From a virus: DNA of 29,069 bases. Both the position numbers and the translations under genes were made by a program. The notes under the pieces are model-generated. The model was not told where the DNA came from and did no database searches. It saw only the letters and a list, made by a program, of their open reading frames with translations. Shown one piece after another: positions 7,796 through 16,115 of this stretch (position 1 is the stretch's first letter; each line of letters starts with the position of its first letter). The DNA lies in the IMG/VR virus record IMGVR_UViG_3300026194_000281; one strand, 5' to 3'.

Positions 7796-10429
7796 ATGCC
7801 CGGCCCCCGTCGCCCCGCCCCCCTGCGCCCCCTGACGCTGCTAGCCATCTTACTCCTTATGACATGCGTAGTAGGCCCGGCGGCATCGGCAGAAATACTT
7901 ATAGATACGGAATATAGTGATTATTTTGCGAAAGTTGCAACCGTGACTGGTTCAGGCTCACCAGTATATACCGCTCCTGCTAACGGCATTATAATGAGTA
8001 CGCCGTTATCCTCTCCAGAATTTAATTCTATGTTTGCACAGATACCGGTGGCGGGGTTGGTAACAAACTATGACAGTTTACCGACTACCGGGCAAGCAAA
8101 TGTAAAATGGCATAAAAGTAGTCAGAGTGGCACTACCGGGGCGTTTTACATGTCTGGTACGTATGGGTATTTTAAATATACTGCTGGAGGGGCTAATTAT
8201 CTACAGATATGGGCGGAATTCGACGACCCTGTTAGTAAATTAACTGGTCCGACATATCTAAAATGCGTTTTAGATTCGGGCGAGTCTATTGTATGGCCAA
8301 AAATTAGGATGGTCGAAGGACCGTATAATTACGGCCCTCAACCTCTTTACGACGGTCTGGTTACTGATACATCTGGAATAAAGGCTACATTTGCAACTTC
8401 GCGCCTTGATGGTGGTAATTATTTGTTTTGTCTTGGCGGGGCTGGTGTTACGGTTCATCCCGTTTTATCAGGGACGTGGAAAAACGGGTTACGAATAGAG
8501 ACCCTCTCCGGTAATGTCCCCCGGGTGCAAATCGATATTACCAAAAATTACGACGGATATTTAGGGACCTCTGACCACTATGTGATGTTTGGGGAAACCG
8601 TATATAGCGCTATTGGTGGAACGTCGGACGCACAATACATCATTCCAGAGTCCGAATACCCAATTTCGGTCAGTATATATAACGCCCAAAATGATAAATG
8701 GTATAACTCGACGTACGGAGAGGCAGCCCCCGGAGAAGACGCCCCCGTCACCGTCTACGTCCAAAACAGTCAGACCGGCGCCCTCCTTGCCGACGCCAAC
8801 CTCAGCATCCTCGCGGCCGCCGGCGGCACCGAAACCGAGATCGTCAACGCCACCCTCCCCGGCGGCACCGGCACCTACAGCCTGGAGAAAGCGGACTACC
8901 TCAAATACCACGCATCCGCCACCGCCGACGGCTACACCCTCCTCTCCCCGATCCTCTTCGGCGTCCCGGAGAACGGTACAACGATCGTCCTCTGGATGGC
9001 TCCCGACGCCCCGCCCGACGTCCCCACCGAGCCCGAAAAATCCATGCTCTACGGCTACGTCCAGACCCAGGGCAGCCAGCAGCCGATCGCCGCCGCGACC
9101 GTCTCCCTCGACGGCTACGGCAGCACAACCACGTCGTCGACCGGCTTCTACCTCTTCAACAACATCACGCCCGGCGGCCCCTACACCCTCTCCGCCTCCG
9201 CCCCGCTCCACGATGCCCTCAGCGAACCCGTCACCGTAGATAGTGCCCCGACCCCCCATAACCTCGCCCTCAAAGGCCACTTCATGCTGACCGTCACCAT
9301 CAAGGACGGCGACGACCTCACAAACCTCCACAACTCGACGATCTCCCTCAGCGACGGGCAGGAGAGCACCCAGAACCCCGCGACGTTCACCGCCGACTAC
9401 GGCCCCTACACCATCACCGCAACCGCCGGCGGCTACTACCCGCAGACCCAATCCGCATACCTCGACAAGCCCGGCACCACCACCGCAACGGTCCTCCTAA
9501 CCGCCAAACCTGAACCTGTCCCCCCGCCGGAAATGCCCAACTACCCGCCGCACAACGTCAGGTTCCTCTGCATCGACGAATATAACCGCCCTCTCCAGAA
9601 CGTCACCCTCCGCGCCGTCTACCAGGAAAGCACCAACCCGGTCGACTGGTTTACCAGCTGGCTCGGCCTCTCCCCAAGCGTCAACATCAACAGCACGACT
9701 CTCGAAGGCACCACCGGTCTCGATGGCAGCGTAATCTTCCTCATGGTCGAATCCGTCCAGTACCGCATGACCGTCACGGCGCCAGCTCCGCTCAACATGA
9801 CCAAGACCTTTGACCTCTACCCGAAAGAAGACGAGATCACGATCCGGTTCGTCACCTCCGCCCGCCCCGACCTCTCCACGATGCCGACCTACGACCTCAC
9901 CGCGACCGAGACCGACCCCTCCAGCGTCCAGCTCGCCCTCAGCTACCACGACACCACCAACGCCACCACCTCCCTCACATTCAACGTCTACGATCACGCC
10001 ACCGGGGACGTCATCAACACCCAGACCTTCGACGCCTCCAGCTTCCCCGGCACCGTCTCCCCGACCTACGACGTCACCAACACCAACGGCGCCATGTATC
10101 GCTTCGGGTTCACCGCCCAGAACTCCGCCCACGGCGAGATATCGCAGTATAAAGGCATCACCCTCAAAGGAGACAACCTCCTCGTAGACCTCGGCTTCGA
10201 GGACCGCACCCTCTACCAGTGGCTTGCCGTGCTCCTCCTCTTCCTCTTCGCCGGCGCCTTCAGCGGCACCAACGTCAAGCAGGGCGCGATCCTCGTCCCG
10301 CTCTTCGGCGGCGGCCTCTTCTGGTTCATCGGCTGGCTCCCGATCACCCTCGGCGCCACCATCTCCGCGATCGGGTTCCTCGGCGTCCTCGTCTACATGC
10401 GCAAGAGCGAATGGAAGGTGAGAGCATGA
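7796..10429 (+). CDS. Large secreted, membrane-anchored adhesin or tail-like glycoprotein: variable N-domain, carboxypeptidase-regulatory-like beta-sandwich repeats, C-terminal TM helices
   Basis: GGAGG then ATG 7796; signal peptide LTLLAILLLMTCVVGPAASA; repeats such as LYGYVQ...PIAAATVSLDG...TTTSSTGFYLFNNITPGGPYTLSASAP; many NxT/S sequons; three hydrophobic C-terminal segments. Confidence 0.8.
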   Translation: MPGPRRPAPLRPLTLLAILLLMTCVVGPAASAEILIDTEYSDYFAKVATVTGSGSPVYTAPANGIIMSTPLSSPEFNSMFAQIPVAGLVTNYDSLPTTGQANVKWHKSSQSGTTGAFYMSGTYGYFKYTAGGANYLQIWAEFDDPVSKLTGPTYLKCVLDSGESIVWPKIRMVEGPYNYGPQPLYDGLVTDTSGIKATFATSRLDGGNYLFCLGGAGVTVHPVLSGTWKNGLRIETLSGNVPRVQIDITKNYDGYLGTSDHYVMFGETVYSAIGGTSDAQYIIPESEYPISVSIYNAQNDKWYNSTYGEAAPGEDAPVTVYVQNSQTGALLADANLSILAAAGGTETEIVNATLPGGTGTYSLEKADYLKYHASATADGYTLLSPILFGVPENGTTIVLWMAPDAPPDVPTEPEKSMLYGYVQTQGSQQPIAAATVSLDGYGSTTTSSTGFYLFNNITPGGPYTLSASAPLHDALSEPVTVDSAPTPHNLALKGHFMLTVTIKDGDDLTNLHNSTISLSDGQESTQNPATFTADYGPYTITATAGGYYPQTQSAYLDKPGTTTATVLLTAKPEPVPPPEMPNYPPHNVRFLCIDEYNRPLQNVTLRAVYQESTNPVDWFTSWLGLSPSVNINSTTLEGTTGLDGSVIFLMVESVQYRMTVTAPAPLNMTKTFDLYPKEDEITIRFVTSARPDLSTMPTYDLTATETDPSSVQLALSYHDTTNATTSLTFNVYDHATGDVINTQTFDASSFPGTVSPTYDVTNTNGAMYRFGFTAQNSAHGEISQYKGITLKGDNLLVDLGFEDRTLYQWLAVLLLFLFAGAFSGTNVKQGAILVPLFGGGLFWFIGWLPITLGATISAIGFLGVLVYMRKSEWKVRA

Positions 10430-10812
10430 GCAGATTCTACGACATCTGGTATCTGCTGACGTTCGCCGGGCTCGCCATCGGGTTCGTGAACGGTCTCGGC
10501 GTCTGGGGCCTCGACTACATGACCGCCCCGGAGAGCAGCACATTCGAACTCTCCGACATCGAAAGCATCGCCGGGGGCGGCGACGTCTCGGCCTGGGACC
10601 AGTTCACGCTCCTGGTCTCGCAGGCCGTCACTGCCTTCGGCATGATCGCCCAGATGGCCCTCTCGGTCGTCCTGGTCTACCCAACGATGGTCAACGTCTT
10701 CCACATGCCGCCGATCGTCGCGACCCTCGTGCAGGGCGGCGTGGTGCTCTCATGGGCCTCGTTCTTCATGCAGATCTTACTCCGGTTCGGCTTCAAGCAG
10801 GTGGAATCATGA
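10426..10812 (+). CDS. Membrane protein (~3 TM), virion or tail module
   Basis: ATGA overlaps at both ends; hydrophobic segments. Confidence 0.75.
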   Translation: MSRFYDIWYLLTFAGLAIGFVNGLGVWGLDYMTAPESSTFELSDIESIAGGGDVSAWDQFTLLVSQAVTAFGMIAQMALSVVLVYPTMVNVFHMPPIVATLVQGGVVLSWASFFMQILLRFGFKQVES

Positions 10813-12527
10813 GGCGCCCGGCCTTCGCCCTCCTCCTCAGCTGCCTCCTGCTCGTCGCCGGGGCCTCAGCGCTCGACGGGTGGGAGTATTACCAGGAGAT
10901 CGAGTATGCCGGGTGCGATCAGGACGCCTACCAACAGGACATCGTGATCCATCGCAGCACCGGCACCGCCTACAATGAAACGAGCGACGGGCTGGAGACC
11001 TGGCACATCTACGTCGGGGAGCATTGCCAAGAGGATTACGGGGACCTCCGGTTCTCTGACCGCTACGGCCGGGAGCTCGCCTACTACCTCTGGCCGGACT
11101 TCGACGCCACGAGCGCCCGGGTGTGCGTGCGGCTGGAGGGGGCGACGAGTTCCGGGACGCTGACGGTCTGGTATGGGAACCCGTCCGCGACGACGACGAG
11201 CGACCCGGACGCGACCTATGACCTCTGGTGTGACTTCCTCGACGCTGGAGAGGTGGCTGCGGTTTTCGATGTTGTAGGGACTCCGAGCACTACATATGCC
11301 GACTCCGTGGCGACGATCACCTGCGATGCCCGCGAGTTCTATCAATCGAAGAAGACGTTCTCGCGGCCGGCCCGGGTCGAGTTCAGGATGGCCGATACTG
11401 GGTATGGGACTGATCGGTACCCCAGTTCTACTGGGTTCGGGATCCGCAACCAGGGCGGCGGGGGCTATCACGTTATACGTGAGGCTGAGACGGCCGCGAG
11501 GTACGCTCTGGTCACATGCAATGGGGGGACAACCTCTGTTGGCGCGGGATCATCTCACGACCTCGCATTCCAGGATTATCAGATCGACTGGGTTAGTGGA
11601 ACAAGCGCATCTCTGCGGAAAAACGGGGTCGTTGTCTCGACAGTCTCATCAAATATCCCCGCGGGCACCCTCCCTGTGACCTTTGGGCGGTTCCACTATG
11701 TGTATTCCGGCAATCAGATGCGGATAGACTGGATCCTCGTTCGCGCCTACAGCGCCACCCCGCCCGCCACCTCCACCTTCAGCGGCGAACGGGAAACCGC
11801 CGCCCCGCCAGTCACACAGTTCACCGCCTCCCCAACCCTCGGCCCCCGGCCCCTCACCGTCCAGTTCACCGACACATCCACCAACACCCCAACCTCCTGG
11901 CTCTGGGACTTCGGGGACGGCAACACCTCCACCGACCAGAACCCGCAGCACACCTACACCGCCCCCGGCCTCTACACCGTCACCCTGAACGCGACCAACG
12001 AATACGGCAGCGACGACGAGATCAAAACCGACTACATCACCGTCTACGGTCCAGTCTCCGCCCAATTCACCGCCACCCCCACCGGCGGCACCGCCCCGCT
12101 CATCGTCCAGTTCACCGACCTCTCCACCGGCGGCCCGACCTCATGGCTCTGGACCTTCGGGGACGGCAACACCTCCACCGCCCAGAACCCGCAGCACACC
12201 TACACCACAGCCGGCACCCACACCGTCACCCTCACCGCCTCGCACCCCTACAGCAGCGACACCGAGACCAAAACCAGCTACATCACCATCGCCGTCCTGC
12301 AACCCTTCCCCGGCATCACCGCCCTCCCCCGCGACCTCGCCGGCACCGGCCTCTACACCGACATCAACGGCAACAACCGCCTTGACTACAACGACCTCAC
12401 CGTCTTCTTCCAAAACCTCGCATGGGCCAAAACCAACCAGCCCCTTGACGCCTTCGACTTCAACCGCAACGGCCGCCTCGACTTCGACGACGTCATCATC
12501 CTCTACCAGGTGATTATAAATGCGTAA
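10809..12527 (+). CDS. Secreted DUF2341-like / lectin-like domain + 2x PKD + C-terminal dockerin-like (double EF-hand) protein
   Basis: Signal peptide; DUF2341-like GDLRFSD..ELAYY..VWYGNP; two PKD repeats (VQFTDTS...WLWDFGDG..ST.QNP.HTY); dockerin-like DINGNNRLDYND...DFNRNGRLDFDD; no C-terminal TM anchor. Confidence 0.85.
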   Translation: MRRPAFALLLSCLLLVAGASALDGWEYYQEIEYAGCDQDAYQQDIVIHRSTGTAYNETSDGLETWHIYVGEHCQEDYGDLRFSDRYGRELAYYLWPDFDATSARVCVRLEGATSSGTLTVWYGNPSATTTSDPDATYDLWCDFLDAGEVAAVFDVVGTPSTTYADSVATITCDAREFYQSKKTFSRPARVEFRMADTGYGTDRYPSSTGFGIRNQGGGGYHVIREAETAARYALVTCNGGTTSVGAGSSHDLAFQDYQIDWVSGTSASLRKNGVVVSTVSSNIPAGTLPVTFGRFHYVYSGNQMRIDWILVRAYSATPPATSTFSGERETAAPPVTQFTASPTLGPRPLTVQFTDTSTNTPTSWLWDFGDGNTSTDQNPQHTYTAPGLYTVTLNATNEYGSDDEIKTDYITVYGPVSAQFTATPTGGTAPLIVQFTDLSTGGPTSWLWTFGDGNTSTAQNPQHTYTTAGTHTVTLTASHPYSSDTETKTSYITIAVLQPFPGITALPRDLAGTGLYTDINGNNRLDYNDLTVFFQNLAWAKTNQPLDAFDFNRNGRLDFDDVIILYQVIINA

Positions 12528-13593
12528 CACCCTCCTCACCCTGCTCCTCGCCGCCCTCCTCATCACCACGGCGAGCGCCGCGACCGTCACGGTCAGCGAC
12601 GTAACCATCCAGCGGGACAGCACCGCCACCGCCACCATCACCCTCACCGGTGCAGACTCCGGGCTCTCCGGCTACTCCCTCACCGCCTCCGTCAGCGGCA
12701 CCGCCGCCCGGATCACAAAGGTAGACTTCCCCGCCTGGGCCGCCATCCACAGCGCCGGCGACCTCCCCGCCTCCTCCGTCACCCTCGACGCCGTAGACCT
12801 CAACAACGCCGTCACCGGCCCCTCCGCCACCCTCGCCACCCTCACCCTCTCCGGCATCAACCCCGGCACCGGCACCATCTCCGTCACCATCTCCTCCATG
12901 GACGACGACACCGGCCAGCCCATCACCCCCGCAACCGAGAGCGGCTCCTACTCCGTCACTATCGCCCCCGGCGGCACCGACTATCCCCTCTGCGACGGCC
13001 TCACACTCAGCATCTCTAGCATCACCTCAAAATCAGCCACGTTCACCGGCTCAACCCCCGACCCCGACGTCTGGATCGTTCTCGGCACCGCCCCCGGAAA
13101 GTACGGGTATCGCACCGCAAACATCACAGTCAGCGGCGGCACCTACTCAGGGACCCTCGAATCTTACCCGCTCATCGCCGGACAGACCTACTATGCCCGA
13201 GCCGCCACCCCGCATGGCTATAGCGCCGAAACGACATGGACCATGGCCGCCGCCGGCGCCGCCCCCACGACCACCTACGGCACCCGGGCCGACGCCTTCC
13301 AGGCATCCAACATGTCGCTCCTCACCCTGTGGGACTACACCCTTGAGACCGGCGGCGAGACCTTCGGCGGCGGCGACACCGGCACCATCATCTTCATCTC
13401 CCTGATCGGCGCCGTGGCGTTCATTGTCCTCTTCGGCCGTGCGGGCGACGTCATCATCCCGCTGGAGATCGGCGTCCTGACGATCGGCATCATCCTCCCG
13501 CTCCTCGCGCCGGAGTTCGCCGAGATCGGGTATGGCCTGATGGTCGCCGCCGTGCTCGGCGTGGTGTACAGCATTTTCAGAAAAGTTGTGTAG
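12520..13593 (+). CDS. Secreted cohesin-like domain + FN3-like domain + C-terminal TM anchor
   Basis: Signal peptide; GLSGYSLT...ITKVDFPAWA...DAVDLNNAV...LATLTL...MDDDTG resembles Methanomicrobiales cohesin-like domains; FN3-like GQTYYARA; three C-terminal hydrophobic segments. Confidence 0.7.
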   Translation: MRNTLLTLLLAALLITTASAATVTVSDVTIQRDSTATATITLTGADSGLSGYSLTASVSGTAARITKVDFPAWAAIHSAGDLPASSVTLDAVDLNNAVTGPSATLATLTLSGINPGTGTISVTISSMDDDTGQPITPATESGSYSVTIAPGGTDYPLCDGLTLSISSITSKSATFTGSTPDPDVWIVLGTAPGKYGYRTANITVSGGTYSGTLESYPLIAGQTYYARAATPHGYSAETTWTMAAAGAAPTTTYGTRADAFQASNMSLLTLWDYTLETGGETFGGGDTGTIIFISLIGAVAFIVLFGRAGDVIIPLEIGVLTIGIILPLLAPEFAEIGYGLMVAAVLGVVYSIFRKVV

Positions 13594-13697
13594 AGTATAG
13601 AGAACTATGTGTAGAAGTGGAGAACTATATAGGTCAAAAGACCGATATAGAGAACGACGGAGAAACCAGCAGAAACGGAAACGAAAACAGAAGGAGT

Positions 13698-14228
13698 ATG
13701 GTAGATATGGGAATGTTTGACCGGTTAAAAGGACTCAAGGCGGGTTACGACGCGAGAGCAAGCAAGACGCTCGGCGAACGCGAAGCCAGAAAAGAGCAGG
13801 ACGCCGCCCTCAGATCCGCAGAAGCGCACATGATCAAAGACTACAACCTCAAGCGCACCGGCACGCCCGGCCGCTACCTGGTCGGCAACGACAAGGTAAT
13901 CGACGTCAACATCCGCAGCTTCGACAGCATAAACGCGGCAAGAAGCGCCCTTGACAAACACTACGCGGCCCCCACGGTCAAGAAGCTCTCAAAGAGCGAA
14001 CTCTCTGAGATCAGCCAGGGATCCCTGCTCGGGCGCCTCAGCGACATGGGGCAGAACTTCAACGCAAACTTCGGGAACGTCGGCGGCGGCGCCGGCGGTG
14101 GCATAGGCAACTATGACTTCATGGGCGGCGGCTTCGGCGGAGGAATAGGCGACTACGATTTCATGGGCGGCGGCACCAGCAAGCCCCGGAAGAGGCGGAA
14201 GAGCAGCAGCAAGAGGAAGAAGCGGTGA
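13698..14228 (+). CDS. Basic protein with Gly/aromatic repeats and a K/R tail, putative DNA-binding virion protein
   Basis: AGGAG near ATGs 13698/13707/13713 (start uncertain); GGGIG[N/D]YDFMGGG twice; ends KPRKRRKSSSKRKKR. Confidence 0.7.
   Translation: MVDMGMFDRLKGLKAGYDARASKTLGEREARKEQDAALRSAEAHMIKDYNLKRTGTPGRYLVGNDKVIDVNIRSFDSINAARSALDKHYAAPTVKKLSKSELSEISQGSLLGRLSDMGQNFNANFGNVGGGAGGGIGNYDFMGGGFGGGIGDYDFMGGGTSKPRKRRKSSSKRKKR
14094..14174 (+). repeat. Imperfect 39-bp coding repeat, period 42 bp
   Basis: 14094-14132 and 14136-14174 encode GGGIGNYDFMGGG and GGGIGDYDFMGGG. Confidence 0.85.
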
Positions 14229-14527
14229 TCCGGCCCCGCACCTTTTTTCTGGTCGCCCTGGTGGCCCTGCTCCTGCTCGACGTTGTGACCACCTCACAGG
14301 CGCTCTCCCTCGGGTTCATGGAAGGTAACCCCGTCATGCAGGCGATTGTTGAGGTTCCCGCCCTGCACACCGTTCTCAAAGTCTCCTTCGCCGGCATCGT
14401 GGCCATCCTGGCAGGGCTGACCGACCGGATCCACCCGGCCGGCGGGGATTGCGTTGTCTGCTCCGCCGTGGCGTTCTACTGCCTTCCGGCCGCCTCGAAC
14501 CTCTATCAGATGGCCGGCATCGTCTGA
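14225..14527 (+). CDS. DUF5658-like membrane protein
   Basis: GTGA overlap; LDVVTT...LGFMEGNP...LK motif. Confidence 0.7.
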   Translation: MIRPRTFFLVALVALLLLDVVTTSQALSLGFMEGNPVMQAIVEVPALHTVLKVSFAGIVAILAGLTDRIHPAGGDCVVCSAVAFYCLPAASNLYQMAGIV

Positions 14528-14541
14528 AAATTTCGATCCGT

Positions 14542-14775
14542 TTATATCCTCGCGCGCACCACCTCTTTGAAATGCCCAGACGATAGTAGGCGGCCGAACC
14601 CCTCATCAATACACTCCCGAACATATGCCTCCATCTCACCCTTCAGTTCTGATGACAGATCGCGTTTCGTCACATGTTCACGCAGTATTTTGACAATATA
14701 TTGGTTTATCCCGCCCCCAAAGCCCTCAGCAACCCGCACAAGTGGAACAAAAATAGGTAATATTATATACTCCAT
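14542..14775 (-). CDS. Putative small regulator, possibly RHH-like, divergent from 14792
   Basis: GGGINQYIVKILREHV resembles RHH helix B; it is the only sizeable antisense gene in an AT-rich stretch; start uncertain. Confidence 0.45.
   Translation of the reverse strand: MEYIILPIFVPLVRVAEGFGGGINQYIVKILREHVTKRDLSSELKGEMEAYVRECIDEGFGRLLSSGHFKEVVRARI
14763..14769 (+). promoter_or_regulatory. TATA box of the early/regulatory operon
   Basis: TTATATA preceded by A-rich AAAATAGGTAA, 29 nt upstream of ATG 14792. Confidence 0.6.
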
Positions 14776-14791
14776 CGCCCTATTGACAATC

Positions 14792-15034
14792 ATGGACGCA
14801 CACGCGGAGGAATACTCCTGTCCAAAACAGTTGTCCGTCAAGGTCCCCCCCCACCACCAGGGCATAATCACCAAGGCGGTGCGCTCGGGCCGGTACGGGA
14901 ACGCCTCTGAGTTTTTCAGAGAAAGTATCGAGGTTAACGGGGTGCGGCGCGGCTTCACACCAGCGGACGTCTCACCCGCCCCGGAAAAGGATCACACGTG
15001 CCCGCGAGGCGAACAATGTCGGGTAGAACAGTAG
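14792..15034 (+). CDS. Ribbon-helix-helix (CopG/Arc/MetJ-type) DNA-binding protein
   Basis: QLSVKVP...IITKAVRSGRYGNASEFFRESIE is a typical RHH pattern. Confidence 0.75.
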   Translation: MDAHAEEYSCPKQLSVKVPPHHQGIITKAVRSGRYGNASEFFRESIEVNGVRRGFTPADVSPAPEKDHTCPRGEQCRVEQ

Positions 15035-15203
15035 AAAGAAGCGGCAGCCCCGCCACCGCGACCCCCAAGTCAAGCAAGTGTGGTGCTGCCAAGGGTATAG
15101 GTACCGTCTACAGAGAAAAAGCTAACTCAATCCCGGGTGATCTGCTCGCCCGCACGATCGCCTGCCGACCGCCGAACGAAGACCGCATCCGAGGGATTGC
15201 CGC

Positions 15204-15371
15204 ATGACCTCCATCACCCTGACCACCTCCGACCTGCAGGTGCTCAAATCTCATCCCCGGTTCACGCCGTCTCACGCGGCCCTGCTCGACATTATGATCG
15301 AGCAGGGAGAAGTCATCGTCGAGGCCCCCGCCGCCCCGGCTGCCGCCACCCCCCCGGGGGTGCGGGCATGA
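15204..15371 (+). CDS. Hypothetical protein (55 aa)
   Basis: MTSITLTTSDLQVLKSHPRF...; ATGA overlaps; translated manually (below the ORF-track cutoff). Confidence 0.55.
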   Translation: MTSITLTTSDLQVLKSHPRFTPSHAALLDIMIEQGEVIVEAPAAPAAATPPGVRA

Positions 15372-15442
15372 GCGCGATACCCGGTGGGCTCAGGGAAAAT
15401 CCTCAGGAGTCGCCAGGATTGGGAGCGACAGGAGGTGCAGAT

Positions 15443-15691
15443 ATGATCTCTCGATGGGACGCCACGGTCAATTTCCTGGCGCATTCGGGCTACGATGCTC
15501 CGCCGCACATCATCTATTTCCGGTGCGAGCGGTGCGGGTGCATCGAGTTCTACCGGCTCCGGGAGACGCTGGAGTCAGATCCGGGAGACCCCCATCAGAT
15601 CGTCAGAGGGTTCGCGCTGGAATGCGTGCAGTGCGGGCTCAGAGAGGCATCAATAGTTCGTACGATCCTGCTCGGAGGTGACCGGGTATGA
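15443..15691 (+). CDS. Zn-finger protein (CxxC...CxxC)
   Basis: GGAGGTG SD before ATG 15443; CERCGC and CVQC motifs. Confidence 0.6.
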   Translation: MISRWDATVNFLAHSGYDAPPHIIYFRCERCGCIEFYRLRETLESDPGDPHQIVRGFALECVQCGLREASIVRTILLGGDRV

Positions 15692-15855
15692 GCGCGCAGG
15701 CATTCAGCACGATCAACCCCGCTGCCCAGGTCCAGTATCTCCCCCAGTGCCGCTACGGATGCGGGGAGATGCTCTTGGTCGACGACGGGTATCAATGCCC
15801 AATCTGCAATTTCTACCGGTCCCCGGACCGGCACCACCCCTGGAGGCGGCGCTGA
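15688..15855 (+). CDS. Small Zn-ribbon protein (55 aa)
   Basis: CRYGC...CPIC; ATGA and TGATG coupling at the ends. Confidence 0.6.
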   Translation: MSAQAFSTINPAAQVQYLPQCRYGCGEMLLVDDGYQCPICNFYRSPDRHHPWRRR

Positions 15856-16115
15856 TGGCGCGACCAACACGAGCCGCCTCTACTGCCGCCAGGCTCGCTG
15901 AGATATTTGGACGTCACCCATTCACCTACCGCGACCTCTGCGACGCCGGCCTTGATGTCCATCCAATGATGCTGAGCTCGGCGCGCGCCGAGGGCCACCT
16001 GGAGATCGTCGGCGACGACGGACAGCCCCGGATGCGGTCTTCGGCCAATGCACATGCCCCCACACGCTGGAGGGTCTCCAGCCAGGTTGCCGCCAGGCCG
16101 GAGGAGGCGGTCTAA
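15855..16115 (+). CDS. Putative winged-HTH protein
   Basis: FTYRDL...LSSARAEGHLEIVG...TRWRV pattern; GGAGG upstream. Confidence 0.5.
   Translation: MARPTRAASTAARLAEIFGRHPFTYRDLCDAGLDVHPMMLSSARAEGHLEIVGDDGQPRMRSSANAHAPTRWRVSSQVAARPEEAV

Noticed and set aside
7842-11740. Diversity-generating retroelement acting on the adhesins
   Set aside because: No reverse transcriptase motifs (YxDD) and no TR/VR pair with adenine-specific mismatches were seen.
1550-13574. Numerous long antisense or alternate-frame ORFs (e.g. 1550-2467, 3358-4080, 8561-9451, 9497-10543 on the minus strand)
   Set aside because: Shadow ORFs expected in GC-rich DNA; they overlap well-supported + strand genes and lack motifs or RBS.
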